A stretch of 64,000 nucleotides of DNA. Source: Acidimicrobiia bacterium. Lineage in GTDB: Bacteria; Actinomycetota; Acidimicrobiia; Spongiisociales; ZC4RG35. A program made the position numbers and the translations under genes. Position 1 is the stretch's first letter, and each line of letters opens with the position of its first letter. Shown one piece after another: positions 40,462-49,813 of this stretch. The DNA lies in contig JBHJOH010000077.1 of the NCBI GenBank assembly GCA_050329955.1, positions 14,455 to 78,454 of the forward strand, in the 5' to 3' direction. The notes under the pieces are model-generated. The model was not told where the DNA came from. It searched no databases and saw only the letters and a list, made by a program, of their open reading frames with translations.

Positions 40462-41901
40462 ATGTTCGAACTTGCCCAGGCTGCAGTGGAGGGCGCGCTC
40501 GACGCCGGGGCGTCGTATGCCGACGCCCGGGTGGTGGTGGGCCGCAGCGAATCCATCTCCGTCCAGAACGGTGGTGTGGAGAGCGTCGATCACACCGAAT
40601 CCGCCGGGGTGGGGGTGCGGGCGCTGATCGGATCCTCGTGGGGGTTCTTCGCCACCCCGCAACTCGGTGAGGGCGACGCCCGCCGGGCCGGGGAACAGGC
40701 CGCCGACATCGCCCGCGCTTCGGCGATGGTTCCGGGGGCTGGGCTCGCATTGGCCGATGTCGAGGTGCACCAGGCCGCTTGGTCGACCCCGTTCGGCGAG
40801 GACCCGTTCCAGGTTCCGCTCAGCGAGAAGGTCGAGCTGCTGGTTGCCGTCACCAATACCTGTATGTCGGTCGAAGGTGTCGCCGTGTCGACCGCCACGC
40901 TGGTGTCCTTCGACACCGAGAAATGGCTGGTGTCCTCGCAGGGCCACCGAATCCACCAGCGGATCGTCGAGTGCGGCGGCGGCTTCGACGCCACCGCCGT
41001 GGGGGATTCGGAAGTGCAGCGCCGCTCGTACCCGCAATCGTTCGGGCAATACCAGACCGGCGGTTACGAAACCGTGCGGCAGTGGGATTACCTGGGCAAT
41101 GCCGGTCGCATCGCCGAGGAGGCGGTGGCACTGCTGTCGGCGGGCGAGTTGGACGAGGGTGAGCGCACCCTGATCCTCGAGTCGTCCCAACTGGCCTTGC
41201 AGATCCACGAATCGGTGGGACACGCCATCGAACTCGATCGCATCCTCGGCTGGGAGGCCGCCTTCGCCGGGACCTCCCACCTGGAGCTGGCCAGGCTGGG
41301 CACCCACCGCTACGGCTCCGAGATCATGAACATCACCGCCGACGCCACCATCCCCGGGGCGCTCGGCAGCTTCGGCTACGACGACGAAGGGACGCCCGCC
41401 CAGAACGTCCCGATCGTGGAGCAGGGCCGGTGGGTGGGGGTGCTGTCGGGTCGTGACACCGCCGCCATCGCCGGTCTCCCACCGGGTGGGATGGTCCGGG
41501 CGGACGGATACAACCGTCTCCCGATGGTGCGGATGACCAACGTGGGGCTGCTTGCCGGCGACTCGTCGCTCGACGAGATGATCGCCGACACCGGCGACGG
41601 GGTGTACATGTCGACCAACCGCTCGTGGTCGATCGACGACAAACGGCTCAACTTCCAGTTCGGATGTGAGATCGGGTGGGAGATCAAGAACGGCAGACTC
41701 GGCCGGATGGTGAAGAACCCCACCTACACCGGCATCACCCCCCAGTTCTGGGGGACGCTCGACCGGCTCGGGAACAATTCTGAGCTGGTGTTGTGGGGAA
41801 CACCCAACTGCGGGAAAGGACAACCCATGCAAGTGGGCCACACCGGACACCCGGCGGTTTCGGGCCGGTTCTCGGCGGTGCGGACGGGGGTGAAGGCATG
41901 A
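40462..41901 (+). CDS. tldD: TldD family metalloprotease
   Basis: HESVGHAIE metal-binding motif and a C-terminal GxC Gly-rich beta region. Ribosome-binding site AGGAAGGAAGGG. Confidence 0.85.
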   Translation: MFELAQAAVEGALDAGASYADARVVVGRSESISVQNGGVESVDHTESAGVGVRALIGSSWGFFATPQLGEGDARRAGEQAADIARASAMVPGAGLALADVEVHQAAWSTPFGEDPFQVPLSEKVELLVAVTNTCMSVEGVAVSTATLVSFDTEKWLVSSQGHRIHQRIVECGGGFDATAVGDSEVQRRSYPQSFGQYQTGGYETVRQWDYLGNAGRIAEEAVALLSAGELDEGERTLILESSQLALQIHESVGHAIELDRILGWEAAFAGTSHLELARLGTHRYGSEIMNITADATIPGALGSFGYDDEGTPAQNVPIVEQGRWVGVLSGRDTAAIAGLPPGGMVRADGYNRLPMVRMTNVGLLAGDSSLDEMIADTGDGVYMSTNRSWSIDDKRLNFQFGCEIGWEIKNGRLGRMVKNPTYTGITPQFWGTLDRLGNNSELVLWGTPNCGKGQPMQVGHTGHPAVSGRFSAVRTGVKA

Positions 41902-43214
41902 ACGCCCGCGATGTAGCCGAGCAGGCGCTGGCGGCGGTCGACGACCGCGGCAACGCCGAAGTGGTGGTTTCGGTGGGCCGCTCGGCGCTCACCCGTTTCG
42001 CCAACTCCTTCATCCATCAGAATGTGGCCGAGGACTCGGTGGCGGTGTCGCTCAGGGTGGAGGTCGACGGTCGCGTCTCCACATCCAGCGCCACCGCCGT
42101 CGGTGACGAAGCCATCACCCGGCTGGCCGACGCCACGGTCGAGTCGGCTCGGCTCCAGCCGGTCGACAACGACTGGCCGGGTCTCGCCCCGGTGACGGCC
42201 GTTCCGCCGGTCGAGCACTACGACCGGGAAACCGCCTTCTCCAACCCCGAACAACGCGCCGGACTGGTGCGGTCGTTCATCGGCGCCGGTCCCACCGCCG
42301 CCGGGTACCTCGACACGGTGGGCGAAGAGGTGGTGTACGCCAACTCGCTGGGGCATTCCGCCTCCGGTCGGCACTCACGGGCCACCATCGACGGCATCCA
42401 TCAGACCCCGACCTCCGCCGGGACGGGGCACGCCACCTCCACCCGCATCGGCGACCTCGACGCCACGGCCGTGGGGCTGGGAGCCTTCGACCGGGCGGCG
42501 CGCGCGGCCGATGCCTTCGACCTCAAGCCGGGGGAGTACCAGGTGGTGCTGTCACCGGAGTGTGTCGCCACCATCTGCATCTTCCTCGGGTTCTACGGTT
42601 TCAACGCCAAGGCTCACCAGGAGGGCCAGTCCTGCATCCGCCTGGGCGAGCAGCAGTTCCACCCCGACGTGAACCTTTTCGACGACGCCGGCGACCCGCG
42701 GGCGCTCGGAGTGGGTTTCGACGTGGAGGGAACCCCCAAGACCCGGCTCGACCTGGTGTCGGGCGGGGTGGCGAATGCACTCGCCCACACCCGCCGCAGC
42801 GCCGCCAAGGTGGGGGCGGAATCGAGCGGGCACGCCATCCCGCAATCGTCGGTGTGGGGTCCGATCACCTCGAATCTGTTCTTCCAGGGTGGCTCTGACG
42901 ACGTGGATTCGCTGATCGCGGCGACCGAGCGTGGCCTGTACGTGTCGGCCTTCAACTACTGCCGGGTGCTCGAACCCAAGTCGCTGGCGGTGACCGGTCT
43001 CACCCGGAACGGGACCTTCATGATCGAGAACGGCCGCATCACCGGAGCCGTCACCAACCTTCGGTTCACTCAATCGTTCGTCGCAGCGTTGACTGCGGTC
43101 GAGGGCCTCGGCAACGATGGGCGATTCGCCGACTCGGAGTTCGGGCCGGGGCTGGTGCACGCGCCCAGCGTGCAGCTGGCGGGATGGAACTTCACCGGCG
43201 GCGCCGGCGGGTGA
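41898..43214 (+). CDS. pmbA: PmbA/TldE family metalloprotease partner
   Basis: TldD/PmbA fold without HExxxH. ATGA overlap with tldD. ORF 41793 upstream of 41898 is extension. Confidence 0.8.
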   Translation: MNARDVAEQALAAVDDRGNAEVVVSVGRSALTRFANSFIHQNVAEDSVAVSLRVEVDGRVSTSSATAVGDEAITRLADATVESARLQPVDNDWPGLAPVTAVPPVEHYDRETAFSNPEQRAGLVRSFIGAGPTAAGYLDTVGEEVVYANSLGHSASGRHSRATIDGIHQTPTSAGTGHATSTRIGDLDATAVGLGAFDRAARAADAFDLKPGEYQVVLSPECVATICIFLGFYGFNAKAHQEGQSCIRLGEQQFHPDVNLFDDAGDPRALGVGFDVEGTPKTRLDLVSGGVANALAHTRRSAAKVGAESSGHAIPQSSVWGPITSNLFFQGGSDDVDSLIAATERGLYVSAFNYCRVLEPKSLAVTGLTRNGTFMIENGRITGAVTNLRFTQSFVAALTAVEGLGNDGRFADSEFGPGLVHAPSVQLAGWNFTGGAGG

Positions 43215-43217
43215 ATC

Positions 43218-43484
43218 TCAACCTTCGGCGATGAAGCGGGGTGCCGGAAGTGGCTTACCGGTGCGGGGATCATGCTCCTGCCACGACACGTAGGAGTGGC
43301 CCCGGAGCGGGCGGGTGCAGCGGGCGAACACCTCATACATCTCGAACCCGGGTTTGGTCCGGTGCGGTCGAATCTTCTCCATGATGATCCGGAGGTTGCG
43401 GCCGCACTGGTCACACGTCGGAGTGGGCGGTGCGCTCGCCGGCCGGTCCTCGGGTTGTGGAACCAGGTGAAGTTCCGCAGTCAT
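43218..43484 (-). CDS. Small hypothetical protein with CDQCG...C...H motif
   Basis: 88-aa ORF, divergent from the nuclease gene. Function unknown. Confidence 0.4.
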   Translation of the reverse strand: MTAELHLVPQPEDRPASAPPTPTCDQCGRNLRIIMEKIRPHRTKPGFEMYEVFARCTRPLRGHSYVSWQEHDPRTGKPLPAPRFIAEG

Positions 43485-43554
43485 CGTGCCTCCACGCTAA
43501 ATGATCGGCGGGACTGTGCGATCTCTGGAGAGACAATTTCATTAGGGTCTTCTG

Positions 43555-45018
43555 GTGCCAAGCGATCGCCCGTACCTCGTCGAACGGCCCGACGCATTAC
43601 GGCGCCGATGGGAGGGCTGTCCGGTCTCGGGACTCGAGCCAACCAGGGCCCCCGCCTGGCAGTTGGAGCGGTGGAAGGTGGTGCGGGACCTGATCGTGGG
43701 CTGGTACGGCGATCCGCGGCCCGACACCGAATCGGTCCCGGACCTGATCGCCGAGCGGGCCGGGTGGCTCGACCCGGTGCAACGGCTGTTCGTGGAGCGG
43801 TTGTTCGCCGGATGGCGGGCGATGTTTCCCAAAGAACCGGGTGTGGTGGTCGACATGGACCCGCCAACCAGTTCGGTGTTCGACCACGATCGTGCGGTCG
43901 AGCTCAAGGTGGCAGCCACCTTCGGGTTCACCCGCCCCGACGGCAGCGTCGAGCGGGTCCGGCTCAAGACCGGTCGCCACCCCAGCGGTCGCGATGACGC
44001 CGCCGTCATTCACGCCGCCCTCACCGATGATGGCGGCGACGTGGTGTACCTGGATGCGTTGGTGGGCGTTGGAGTTGCTGACGAGATCGTCGCCCCACCC
44101 GAAGCGGACCGCCGGTTGACCGAGCTGGTCGAGCTGGCGGCCCGCAACCGCAGGGTCGCCCGGGTGGCCGGCCCGCAGTGTTTCAGCTGTTCGTCGGCAC
44201 CCCGGTGCGGGCAGTATCCGCCAACCGGACGGGTCTACGTGTCCACCCGTTCGTTGACGGTCTCCAAAACCCAGCTCGGCTGGCTCGCCACCTGTCGTCG
44301 CCGGGTCGCCTGGGACCGACTCCATCAGCTCCGCATCGAAGAGGATGCCGACATCGAGCTGAGCCGCGGCCTGGCGATGGGAAACCTGTTCCACCAGACC
44401 GCCGCCGCCGCCATTCTCAGCGATGATCCCGAGGGCGTGGTGGTCGACGCCTGCGCCACGGTGGCACCTTCGGAGGCCGCCGAGCTGCGTCGGCTGTGGG
44501 AGAACCATTGCTCGCTGTGGGGGAGCGACCGACTCGAGGCCCGGGCCACCGAGTATTCGGCGGGTCTCACCGTGATGGCGCCCGGTCCCCAGTACGACGC
44601 CAGGGGAAGGAAGAGCGTCCAGCCGGTGGCCATCACAATGATCGGGGTGCTCGACGTGACCGGCCGCGAATCCGACGGAACTCCGATGGTGGTGGAGCAC
44701 CGCACCGGGTCCGCACCCGACCACGGACACCTGGAGTTGGATCTGTACGCCGTGTCGGTCGCCGAGGCGGTGAAACGCCGATCGGGGGAGTGGCCCGCCA
44801 AGCTGGCGGTGCACTTGCATCTGTTGGGGCCGAGCCAACCGGAATGCCGGCGCACCGAGTTCGACCATGCCCGTCTTCAGGAGTCGTTCGCCGGCCTCGA
44901 ACGCGCCGCCGCTGAGATCGCCCGCTGGGACCCGCACAACTCTTTGGACCCGGGATTCTCAGTGGGGCAGTGGTGTGGAGGATGCCGGCATCGGCCCCTG
45001 TGCGAGCAGTTCCGGTAG
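43555..45018 (+). CDS. PD-(D/E)xK (RecB/Cas4-like) nuclease family protein with a Cys cluster
   Basis: C-terminal region has IGVLDV...VVEHRTG...ELDLYA, then QWCGGCRHRPLCEQF (CxxCx5C) plus upstream QCFSCSSAPRC. This is the arrangement of 4Fe-4S Cas4/AddB-type nuclease domains. Assigned by eye. Confidence 0.5.
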   Translation: MPSDRPYLVERPDALRRRWEGCPVSGLEPTRAPAWQLERWKVVRDLIVGWYGDPRPDTESVPDLIAERAGWLDPVQRLFVERLFAGWRAMFPKEPGVVVDMDPPTSSVFDHDRAVELKVAATFGFTRPDGSVERVRLKTGRHPSGRDDAAVIHAALTDDGGDVVYLDALVGVGVADEIVAPPEADRRLTELVELAARNRRVARVAGPQCFSCSSAPRCGQYPPTGRVYVSTRSLTVSKTQLGWLATCRRRVAWDRLHQLRIEEDADIELSRGLAMGNLFHQTAAAAILSDDPEGVVVDACATVAPSEAAELRRLWENHCSLWGSDRLEARATEYSAGLTVMAPGPQYDARGRKSVQPVAITMIGVLDVTGRESDGTPMVVEHRTGSAPDHGHLELDLYAVSVAEAVKRRSGEWPAKLAVHLHLLGPSQPECRRTEFDHARLQESFAGLERAAAEIARWDPHNSLDPGFSVGQWCGGCRHRPLCEQFR

Positions 45019-45052
45019 GGGTTCGGCCCAGCCGGTGGGCCCACGGCCGTCG

Positions 45053-45523
45053 TCAGCTGTCGGCGATGTCGGCGAGAGTTGCATTGGTTGCCTTCACCAG
45101 GTCGGCCGGGGAGAGATGGATGGCCCACTCGCCCACCCCGGCTCCCAACGAGATCTCAGGATGTGCGCCGAACGATTCGTCCAGAATGACCGGCCATCCT
45201 CCGGCACCGAGCGGCGTGATGGTGCCCCGGGCGTATCCGGTGGCCTCCTTGGCCTCATCCGGTGAGGGCATGCTGAGTCGTCTCGTCCCCAGATGTGCCC
45301 GCAGTTTGGGATAGTCGAGGCCTTTGTTCCCGGGAACCAGCACCAGCACGTACTCGCCCTCGGCGATCCGGATCACCAGGGTCTTGGCCAATGCGCCGAT
45401 CGGGATGCCCCGCTTCTCCGCCGCCTCCTCGGCCGATGACACGTGGCCGTGGTGCACCATTCGATAGGCCACTTCGGCTGCGTCGAGAGCGGCGGTGGCG
45501 GAAGTGGCTGGGGGGTTGGGCAT
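45053..45523 (-). CDS. YbaK/EbsC family aminoacyl-tRNA deacylase
   Basis: Conserved KTLVIRIAEGEYVLVLVPGNKGLDYPKL and ITPLG. Confidence 0.75.
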   Translation of the reverse strand: MPNPPATSATAALDAAEVAYRMVHHGHVSSAEEAAEKRGIPIGALAKTLVIRIAEGEYVLVLVPGNKGLDYPKLRAHLGTRRLSMPSPDEAKEATGYARGTITPLGAGGWPVILDESFGAHPEISLGAGVGEWAIHLSPADLVKATNATLADIADS

Positions 45524-45556
45524 GTGACTCGAGATCCTATGCGTCGGCTCCGACGT

Positions 45557-46501
45557 TCAGCCGAAATCGAGTGAGAGTTGGTCCGGGCGGACCCGTGCGG
45601 GTTTCGTTGCGGGCGCTCGGCGGCTCGGGCCGCGTCGAGGTTCGATGAAGGCCCGATCCCGGTACAGCTCCCGGTAGCGGTCAACGAGCTCGGGATGGTT
45701 CTCCTCGAGCCATGTGAACCAGTGGGCGCGCAGGCCCGGCTTTACGTGGAGCATCATCGTGGAAGCGAACCGGGCGCCGGCGTCGGCGGCCGCCCGCAAC
45801 ACTTCGCCCACCTGTGCCTCGGAGTCGGATATCCCTGGCAGCAGGGGAGCGGCCAGCACGCCACTGGGGATGCCAGCCTCGTTGAAGGTGCGCACAGCGT
45901 CCATTCGGAGCTTCGGACTCGGCGTCCCCGGTTCGGTGCGGCGCCACACGTCCTGGTCGAGAGTCGGGATCGAGAAGTCGATCGTCATGAGGTGCGGTGC
46001 GGTGGCGAACAGGTCGAGATCGCGCAGCGCCAGCGTCGACTTCGTCAGGATCGAAAACGGGTTGCCTCGCTCGATGAGGGCTTCGGCGATGCCGCGAGTC
46101 ATTCGGTAGCGCCCCTCCGCCTTCTGATACGGATCGGTGTTGGTTCCCATGGCGATGGTCGCCCCCTGCCATCTGCCCGGCGCGGTTTCCGCCCGAACCA
46201 GATCGATGGCGTTGATCTTCACCACGATCTGGGTGTCGAAGTCGTCTCCGACCCCGAACCCCAGGTAGTCGTGGGTTGGCCGAGCAAAACAGTAGGAGCA
46301 GGCGTGTGAGCAACCACGGTACGGGTTGATGGTGTACTCGAACGGCAACCCAGCGGCGGCGGGGACGTGGTTGATGATCGTCTTTGCCTCAACCTCGTGG
46401 AAGGTGAGCGATCGGTACTCCCCCGTGCCCACCAGGCGGCGTGACAACTCGAACAGGCCGTCCTGGCGGTCGTCGGCGCTGCGCCATCGAAGATCTGACA
46501 T
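45557..46501 (-). CDS. Radical SAM protein, SplB-like (DNA repair photolyase family)
   Basis: NPYRGCSHACSYCFAR (Cx3Cx2C). Confidence 0.8.
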   Translation of the reverse strand: MSDLRWRSADDRQDGLFELSRRLVGTGEYRSLTFHEVEAKTIINHVPAAAGLPFEYTINPYRGCSHACSYCFARPTHDYLGFGVGDDFDTQIVVKINAIDLVRAETAPGRWQGATIAMGTNTDPYQKAEGRYRMTRGIAEALIERGNPFSILTKSTLALRDLDLFATAPHLMTIDFSIPTLDQDVWRRTEPGTPSPKLRMDAVRTFNEAGIPSGVLAAPLLPGISDSEAQVGEVLRAAADAGARFASTMMLHVKPGLRAHWFTWLEENHPELVDRYRELYRDRAFIEPRRGPSRRAPATKPARVRPDQLSLDFG

Positions 46502-46658
46502 CTCGACAGCTTATCGAACATGCGTTCGATGTTGGCACGGCGGGGGCAGAGTCGTGTGGAGCCGGGTGTCGCTGGAGCCGCAACCCGCCAAGTCGGCAGG
46601 AGTGGAACGCCGTCGGCAGTGGGCACCCTCGTTCCTCGGTTGCCCCTACGCTCATCTC

Positions 46659-47501
46659 ATGAAGTTCGGCATCAAGACCAACCCCCAGTTCACCTCGTTC
46701 GACGACATGCTCGTTGTGTGGCAGCGGGCGGACGAGGTCGACCTGTTCGACTCGGCGTGGGTGTTCGACCACTTCTACCCGATCAGTGGCGACCTCGATG
46801 GGCCCTGCATGGAGGCGTGGACCACCCTCACCGCCCTCGCCCAGGCCACGAACCGCATTCGTGTCGGCTCGATGGTCAACGGCATGCCCTACCGTCACCC
46901 TGCCGTCACCGCCAACATGGCCGCCACGCTCGACATCGTGAGTCGCGGTCGGTTGAACCTCGGTCTGGGGGCCGGCTGGTACGAGCTCGAGACCAACGCC
47001 TACGGCATCAGCCTGGGTGATTCCCTCAAGGATCGAATGGACATGTTCGACGAGGGCGTCGAAGTGGTCGTCAGCCTGCTCTCCAATGAGCACACCACCT
47101 TCGACGGTGGCCACTATCAGCTGAGCGAAGCCCGCTGTGAGCCGAAAGGTCCCCAGCAGCCCCATCCGCCCATCGTGATCGGCGGGGGAGGAGAGAAGCG
47201 CACCCTGCGCACGGTCGCCCGTTTCGCCGACCACTGGAACTCGCCGCCGCTCGAGGTGGACGTGTGGAAGCACAAGCGGGCGGTACTCGATGCCCACTGC
47301 GCCGACGTGGGCAGGGATCCGGCCGAGGTGGAGTCGTCGCTGATGCTGCGGTTCGACCCAGGCGATCCCGGAGCGACCGTCCCGGTGGTCGAGGCGTTCG
47401 CCGAGGCCGGTGCCGATGCCTTCTTCTTCAACCTTCCCGCACCGTACGATCCGGGCCACGTCGACCTGCTCGCCGAGACGGTGGCGCCACTCCGGGGCTG
47501 A
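46659..47501 (+). CDS. LLM-class (luciferase-like) F420-dependent oxidoreductase
   Basis: MKFGIKTNPQFTSFDDM...DSAWVFDHFYP...RVGSMVNGMPYRHPAVTANMAATLDIVSRGRLNLGLGAGW. Fits the cofD/cofE genes in the same window. Confidence 0.75.
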   Translation: MKFGIKTNPQFTSFDDMLVVWQRADEVDLFDSAWVFDHFYPISGDLDGPCMEAWTTLTALAQATNRIRVGSMVNGMPYRHPAVTANMAATLDIVSRGRLNLGLGAGWYELETNAYGISLGDSLKDRMDMFDEGVEVVVSLLSNEHTTFDGGHYQLSEARCEPKGPQQPHPPIVIGGGGEKRTLRTVARFADHWNSPPLEVDVWKHKRAVLDAHCADVGRDPAEVESSLMLRFDPGDPGATVPVVEAFAEAGADAFFFNLPAPYDPGHVDLLAETVAPLRG

Positions 47502-47542
47502 TCGGGCTCTCCCTTCTCGGCGGCCCTGAATACAGTGTCGGC

Positions 47543-48682
47543 GTGCTGATCTACGAGACTGAAGAGCTGTCCGACATCCGAGCCCAGGCCCGTCGCTTCG
47601 TAGCGGAACAGGTGATTCCCCACGCCGACGCCTGGGAGCGCGAAGGGATGGTCCCCCGACCGGTGTTGCGCCACATGGGCGAGCTCGGGTTCTTCTCCCT
47701 CGGTGTCCCGGAGGAAGACGGAGGTCTTGGCCTGGGAGCGTCGGCTGCGGCCATCCTCGCCGAGGAGCTCGGGCGGTCCACCTTCGGTGGGTTCGCCATC
47801 ACCGCCATCGCCCACGTCGACCTCGCCATGCGGTACCTGCTGGGTTCCGGCTCGGCCGAACAGAAGCAGCGGTGGTTGCCCGGCCTCATGGCCGGCTCAC
47901 TCGTCGGTGCACTGGCGGTCACCGAGCCCGACGCCGGATCAGACGTGGCTGGGATGCGAACCTCGGCGCAGCGAGATGGTGACGGTTTCCGTATCAACGG
48001 CTCGAAGATCTTTATCACCAATGGTGTTCACGCCGACGTGGTGTTCGTGGCGGCACGCACCAACCCCGACGTCAAGGCCTCGCGGGGCATCTCGATCCTG
48101 GCGGTGGAGAAGGGCAGCGAAGGATTCGTGGTGAGCCGGGCGCTGCACAAGATGGGGTGGCTCAGCTCCGACACCGCCGAACTGTCGTTCCAGGACTGCT
48201 GGGTGCCCGATGCCAACGTGATCGGCGAGGCCGACACCGGCTTCTATCAGATCATGCGCAACTTCCAGCACGAGCGGCTGGTGCTGGGCGCCATGGCTCT
48301 GGGGGAGGCCGCTCGTGCCCTCGAGATCACGGTGGACTACGTCAAGAACCGGATGGCATTCGGGGAGCCGTTGTGGACCAAGCAAGCGATCCGCCAGCGA
48401 CTGGCCATGCGGTCCGCCGAGGTCGAGGCAGCTCGACAACTCATCTACCACGCCGCCTGGATGATGGACCAGAAGGTGGACGCAGTAGCCGAGGTCTCGA
48501 TGGTGAAGGCTCTCATGGGTGAGCTCACCAACCGGGTCATGTACGACTGTGTCCAGTTCCATGGCGGTATGGGATACATGGTCGAGTCGCCCATCGAGCG
48601 GATGTTCCGCGACGCCAGAATCCACCCCATCGGGGGCGGTGCCACCGAGGTGATGCTCGAAGAGATCGCCAAACGAATGTGA
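47543..48682 (+). CDS. Acyl-CoA dehydrogenase
   Basis: ACAD N, middle and C domains: TEPDAGSD, FITNG, HGGMGY. GTG start at 47543. Confidence 0.85.
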   Translation: MLIYETEELSDIRAQARRFVAEQVIPHADAWEREGMVPRPVLRHMGELGFFSLGVPEEDGGLGLGASAAAILAEELGRSTFGGFAITAIAHVDLAMRYLLGSGSAEQKQRWLPGLMAGSLVGALAVTEPDAGSDVAGMRTSAQRDGDGFRINGSKIFITNGVHADVVFVAARTNPDVKASRGISILAVEKGSEGFVVSRALHKMGWLSSDTAELSFQDCWVPDANVIGEADTGFYQIMRNFQHERLVLGAMALGEAARALEITVDYVKNRMAFGEPLWTKQAIRQRLAMRSAEVEAARQLIYHAAWMMDQKVDAVAEVSMVKALMGELTNRVMYDCVQFHGGMGYMVESPIERMFRDARIHPIGGGATEVMLEEIAKRM

Positions 48683-48798
48683 CCGGCGAAGCGGCCGACC
48701 CCCTGGCCCGGGCACGATCGATCAGGGGAGCCGACGATGCCAGGGCGGTGAGGACCCCCCGAGGGAAGAGTCATGCAGGCGCAACGGTTGTGACCGAC

Positions 48799-49272
48799 AT
48801 GCACCTCGTCTCATACCTGAGCCCGGGCCTTCCCGAGGGGCTCTTCCATCATCTCGGGGCTGTCCTGTCGAGGGCACTCCGCGTGGCGGTGGAGGTCTCG
48901 TTCGTCACCGAGGCTTCGGGCCCGTCACCCGACCTGGCCGACCCACTGCGGGGTGCCGATGTGGCGTTCGTGTGCGGTCCGTCGTACGTGGAGTTGCGCC
49001 GGGTGGATGCCCATCGCAGCATCGAGCTGGTCAGGTCAGGGAGGGCGGAGGCGGCAGCCATCGACGCCAACACACTGCGGCGCGTCGACCGCTCGGGCCT
49101 GAAGGTGGTGCACACGTTCGGCCCTCATCCGGTGCAGCCGATCGTGGCCCACCCGGGATTCCCGATGATCGAGGCCGTGGCCGAAACATTGGGCTCGGCC
49201 CGTGCGCCCGAGTGGGGGGTGCTCGGCTTCGCCGCCGTCACCGAGCAGGACTACCCCGAATCGTTGGACTGA
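48799..49272 (+). CDS. Hypothetical protein (possible PhnD/SsuA-like binding-fold fragment)
   Basis: ORF with plausible codon usage. Weak resemblance only. Confidence 0.35.
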   Translation: MHLVSYLSPGLPEGLFHHLGAVLSRALRVAVEVSFVTEASGPSPDLADPLRGADVAFVCGPSYVELRRVDAHRSIELVRSGRAEAAAIDANTLRRVDRSGLKVVHTFGPHPVQPIVAHPGFPMIEAVAETLGSARAPEWGVLGFAAVTEQDYPESLD

Positions 49273-49278
49273 CTCCGT

Positions 49279-49698
49279 TCAGACCTCGGGAAGGCTCGCC
49301 AGTCGGACCGCCGCCTTCTCCTGTTCGGACGGCTCGAGCTGGTGGTACGACAGCTCGATGGCGGTCCAGAGCGACTTGGACATCGGGTAATACAGAATGG
49401 GACCGAGTCCGGCGACGGCCACCGTGGCGATCAGCAGTCCCCTCCACGGCACATCCGGCCAGAAGCCGATCCATCCGCCCACCAACACGAGCAGGAACGA
49501 CCCGAAGCTCATGATCGTGTTGATGATCATCGCCCCCACCCAGTATCCGGGCTCCCGTTCGAACACGAACCCGCACGCCGGGCACGACTCACGCATTTTC
49601 AGCCAGTTGTGGAACGAGGGCCCGTTCCCGCAGCGGGCGCAGCGCCGCTTGATCGCTCGGCCCACCAGCGGCCAGAACCCGACATCCGGATCTCTCAC
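49279..49698 (-). CDS. DUF983 family protein (zinc ribbon plus two TM helices)
   Basis: CARCGNG...CPACGFVFEREPGYW, then hydrophobic helices. GTG at 49698 chosen because the longer ORF to 49884 runs through the palindromic element. Confidence 0.5.
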   Translation of the reverse strand: MRDPDVGFWPLVGRAIKRRCARCGNGPSFHNWLKMRESCPACGFVFEREPGYWVGAMIINTIMSFGSFLLVLVGGWIGFWPDVPWRGLLIATVAVAGLGPILYYPMSKSLWTAIELSYHQLEPSEQEKAAVRLASLPEV

Positions 49699-49731
49699 AG
49701 TCGCCAGGCTAAACCGTTGCCCGTTGCCACT

Positions 49732-49796
49732 CACCTTTTGCACATTGTGCAGAACGCACGCGATTCGCCCACCTTCTGCACAATGTGCAAAAGGTG
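49732..49796. promoter_or_regulatory. Perfect 23-bp inverted repeat (arms 49732-49754 and 49774-49796, 19-nt spacer), each arm holding a 13-bp palindrome TGCACA-N-TGTGCA: putative operator and/or terminator
   Basis: caccttttgcacattgtgcagaa ... ttctgcacaatgtgcaaaaggtg. AT-rich relative to the genome. Sits between the ABC permease stop (49814) and the DUF983 start. Confidence 0.5.
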
Positions 49797-49813
49797 GGCT
49801 CGTCGCTCGTCGC

